Shown piece after piece: positions 63,802 through 64,000 of a stretch of DNA of 64,000 nt (the first letter of the stretch is position 1; each line of letters begins with the position of its first letter). This DNA comes from Candidatus Berkelbacteria bacterium (GTDB lineage: Bacteria > Patescibacteriota > UBA1384 > XYA2-FULL-43-10 > 1-14-0-10-43-13), in NCBI GenBank assembly GCA_037143235.1, contig JBAWZC010000004.1, positions 1,776 to 65,775 of the forward strand, in the 5' to 3' direction. The notes beneath the pieces were generated by a model that was not told the origin of the DNA, did not search any database, and saw nothing but the letters and a program-made list of their open reading frames with translations. The translations under genes and the position numbers were made by a program.

Positions 63802-64000
63802 TTAAATAGCGTAGTTCTCTGCGGCAAATTTAGCTTGGTCTATAAATACTTTTTTTGCGTTGCCGAGTGTACCTAGCTCGTAGAAAGCAAGGATTGCCAA
63901 CTTGTAGGTGTTAACATCAACGGCTCTCAGTGAAAGCGGGAAAGAATCATTTGCATATAGTATCGCATTTGCAAGAATTCTTGCAGTTCGTTTGTTGCCA
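63802..64000 (-). CDS. Doc/Fic-family toxin, C-terminal portion. The N-terminus lies beyond the 3' window edge.
   Basis: The reverse translation begins GNKRTARILANAIL, which is the Doc-type H-x-F-x-D-G-NKR-T motif core. Confidence 0.55.
   Translation of the reverse strand, partial: GNKRTARILANAILYANDSFPLSLRAVDVNTYKLAILAFYELGTLGNAKKVFIDQAKFAAENYAI

Overview
This 64 kb window reads like a low-GC (about 40%), gene-dense chromosome segment from a CPR/Patescibacteria-like bacterium with a Gram-positive-type envelope. It uses the standard genetic code, with TGA read as stop.

The evidence for that reading is the gene content: murT/gatD lipid II amidation, an LCP protein, an LPXTG sortase substrate, RNase Y with YmdB, and short genes that often overlap.

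Most of the window is housekeeping:
- grpE, a membrane protein and dnaK (dnaK truncated at the 5' edge)
- comEC split into two ORFs, and yebC
- ruvC, then a 5.4 kb glycosyltransferase/kinase block, then ruvA and ruvB
- queH, queA, tsaE, tsaB, an LCP protein and a parvulin
- gpmI and eno
- murT and gatD
- a membrane glycosylation cluster: a CESA-like GT2, a PMT/GT39-like transferase, a Dpm1-like GT2 and a PIG-V-like protein
- typA/bipA, an ABC-F ATPase, rny with ymdB, hup and smpB
- a second queH, rsmH, a receiver domain, rarA, an SDR, YtxH-like proteins and a partial Doc toxin at the 3' edge

I read thirteen tRNAs by hand: Asp, Thr and Gly(CCC) at 33.4-33.7 kb; Pro at 41.2 kb; Glu, Lys, Arg(TCT), Arg(TCG), His and Gly(TCC) plus a tRNA-like pseudo-copy at 48.0-49.0 kb; and Arg(CCT) at 54.0 kb.

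The accessory or unusual content is:
- a GC-shifted retron-type reverse transcriptase island with a YADN (not YADD) motif and a candidate msr/msd
- a radical-SAM, NUDIX and U32-like operon
- several intergenic repeat families, including integration scars at tRNA 3' ends
- a GC-rich lipoprotein lipase
- a hairpin-rich noncoding block near 61 kb

All calls come from motif-level reading of the translations. No database searches were run.
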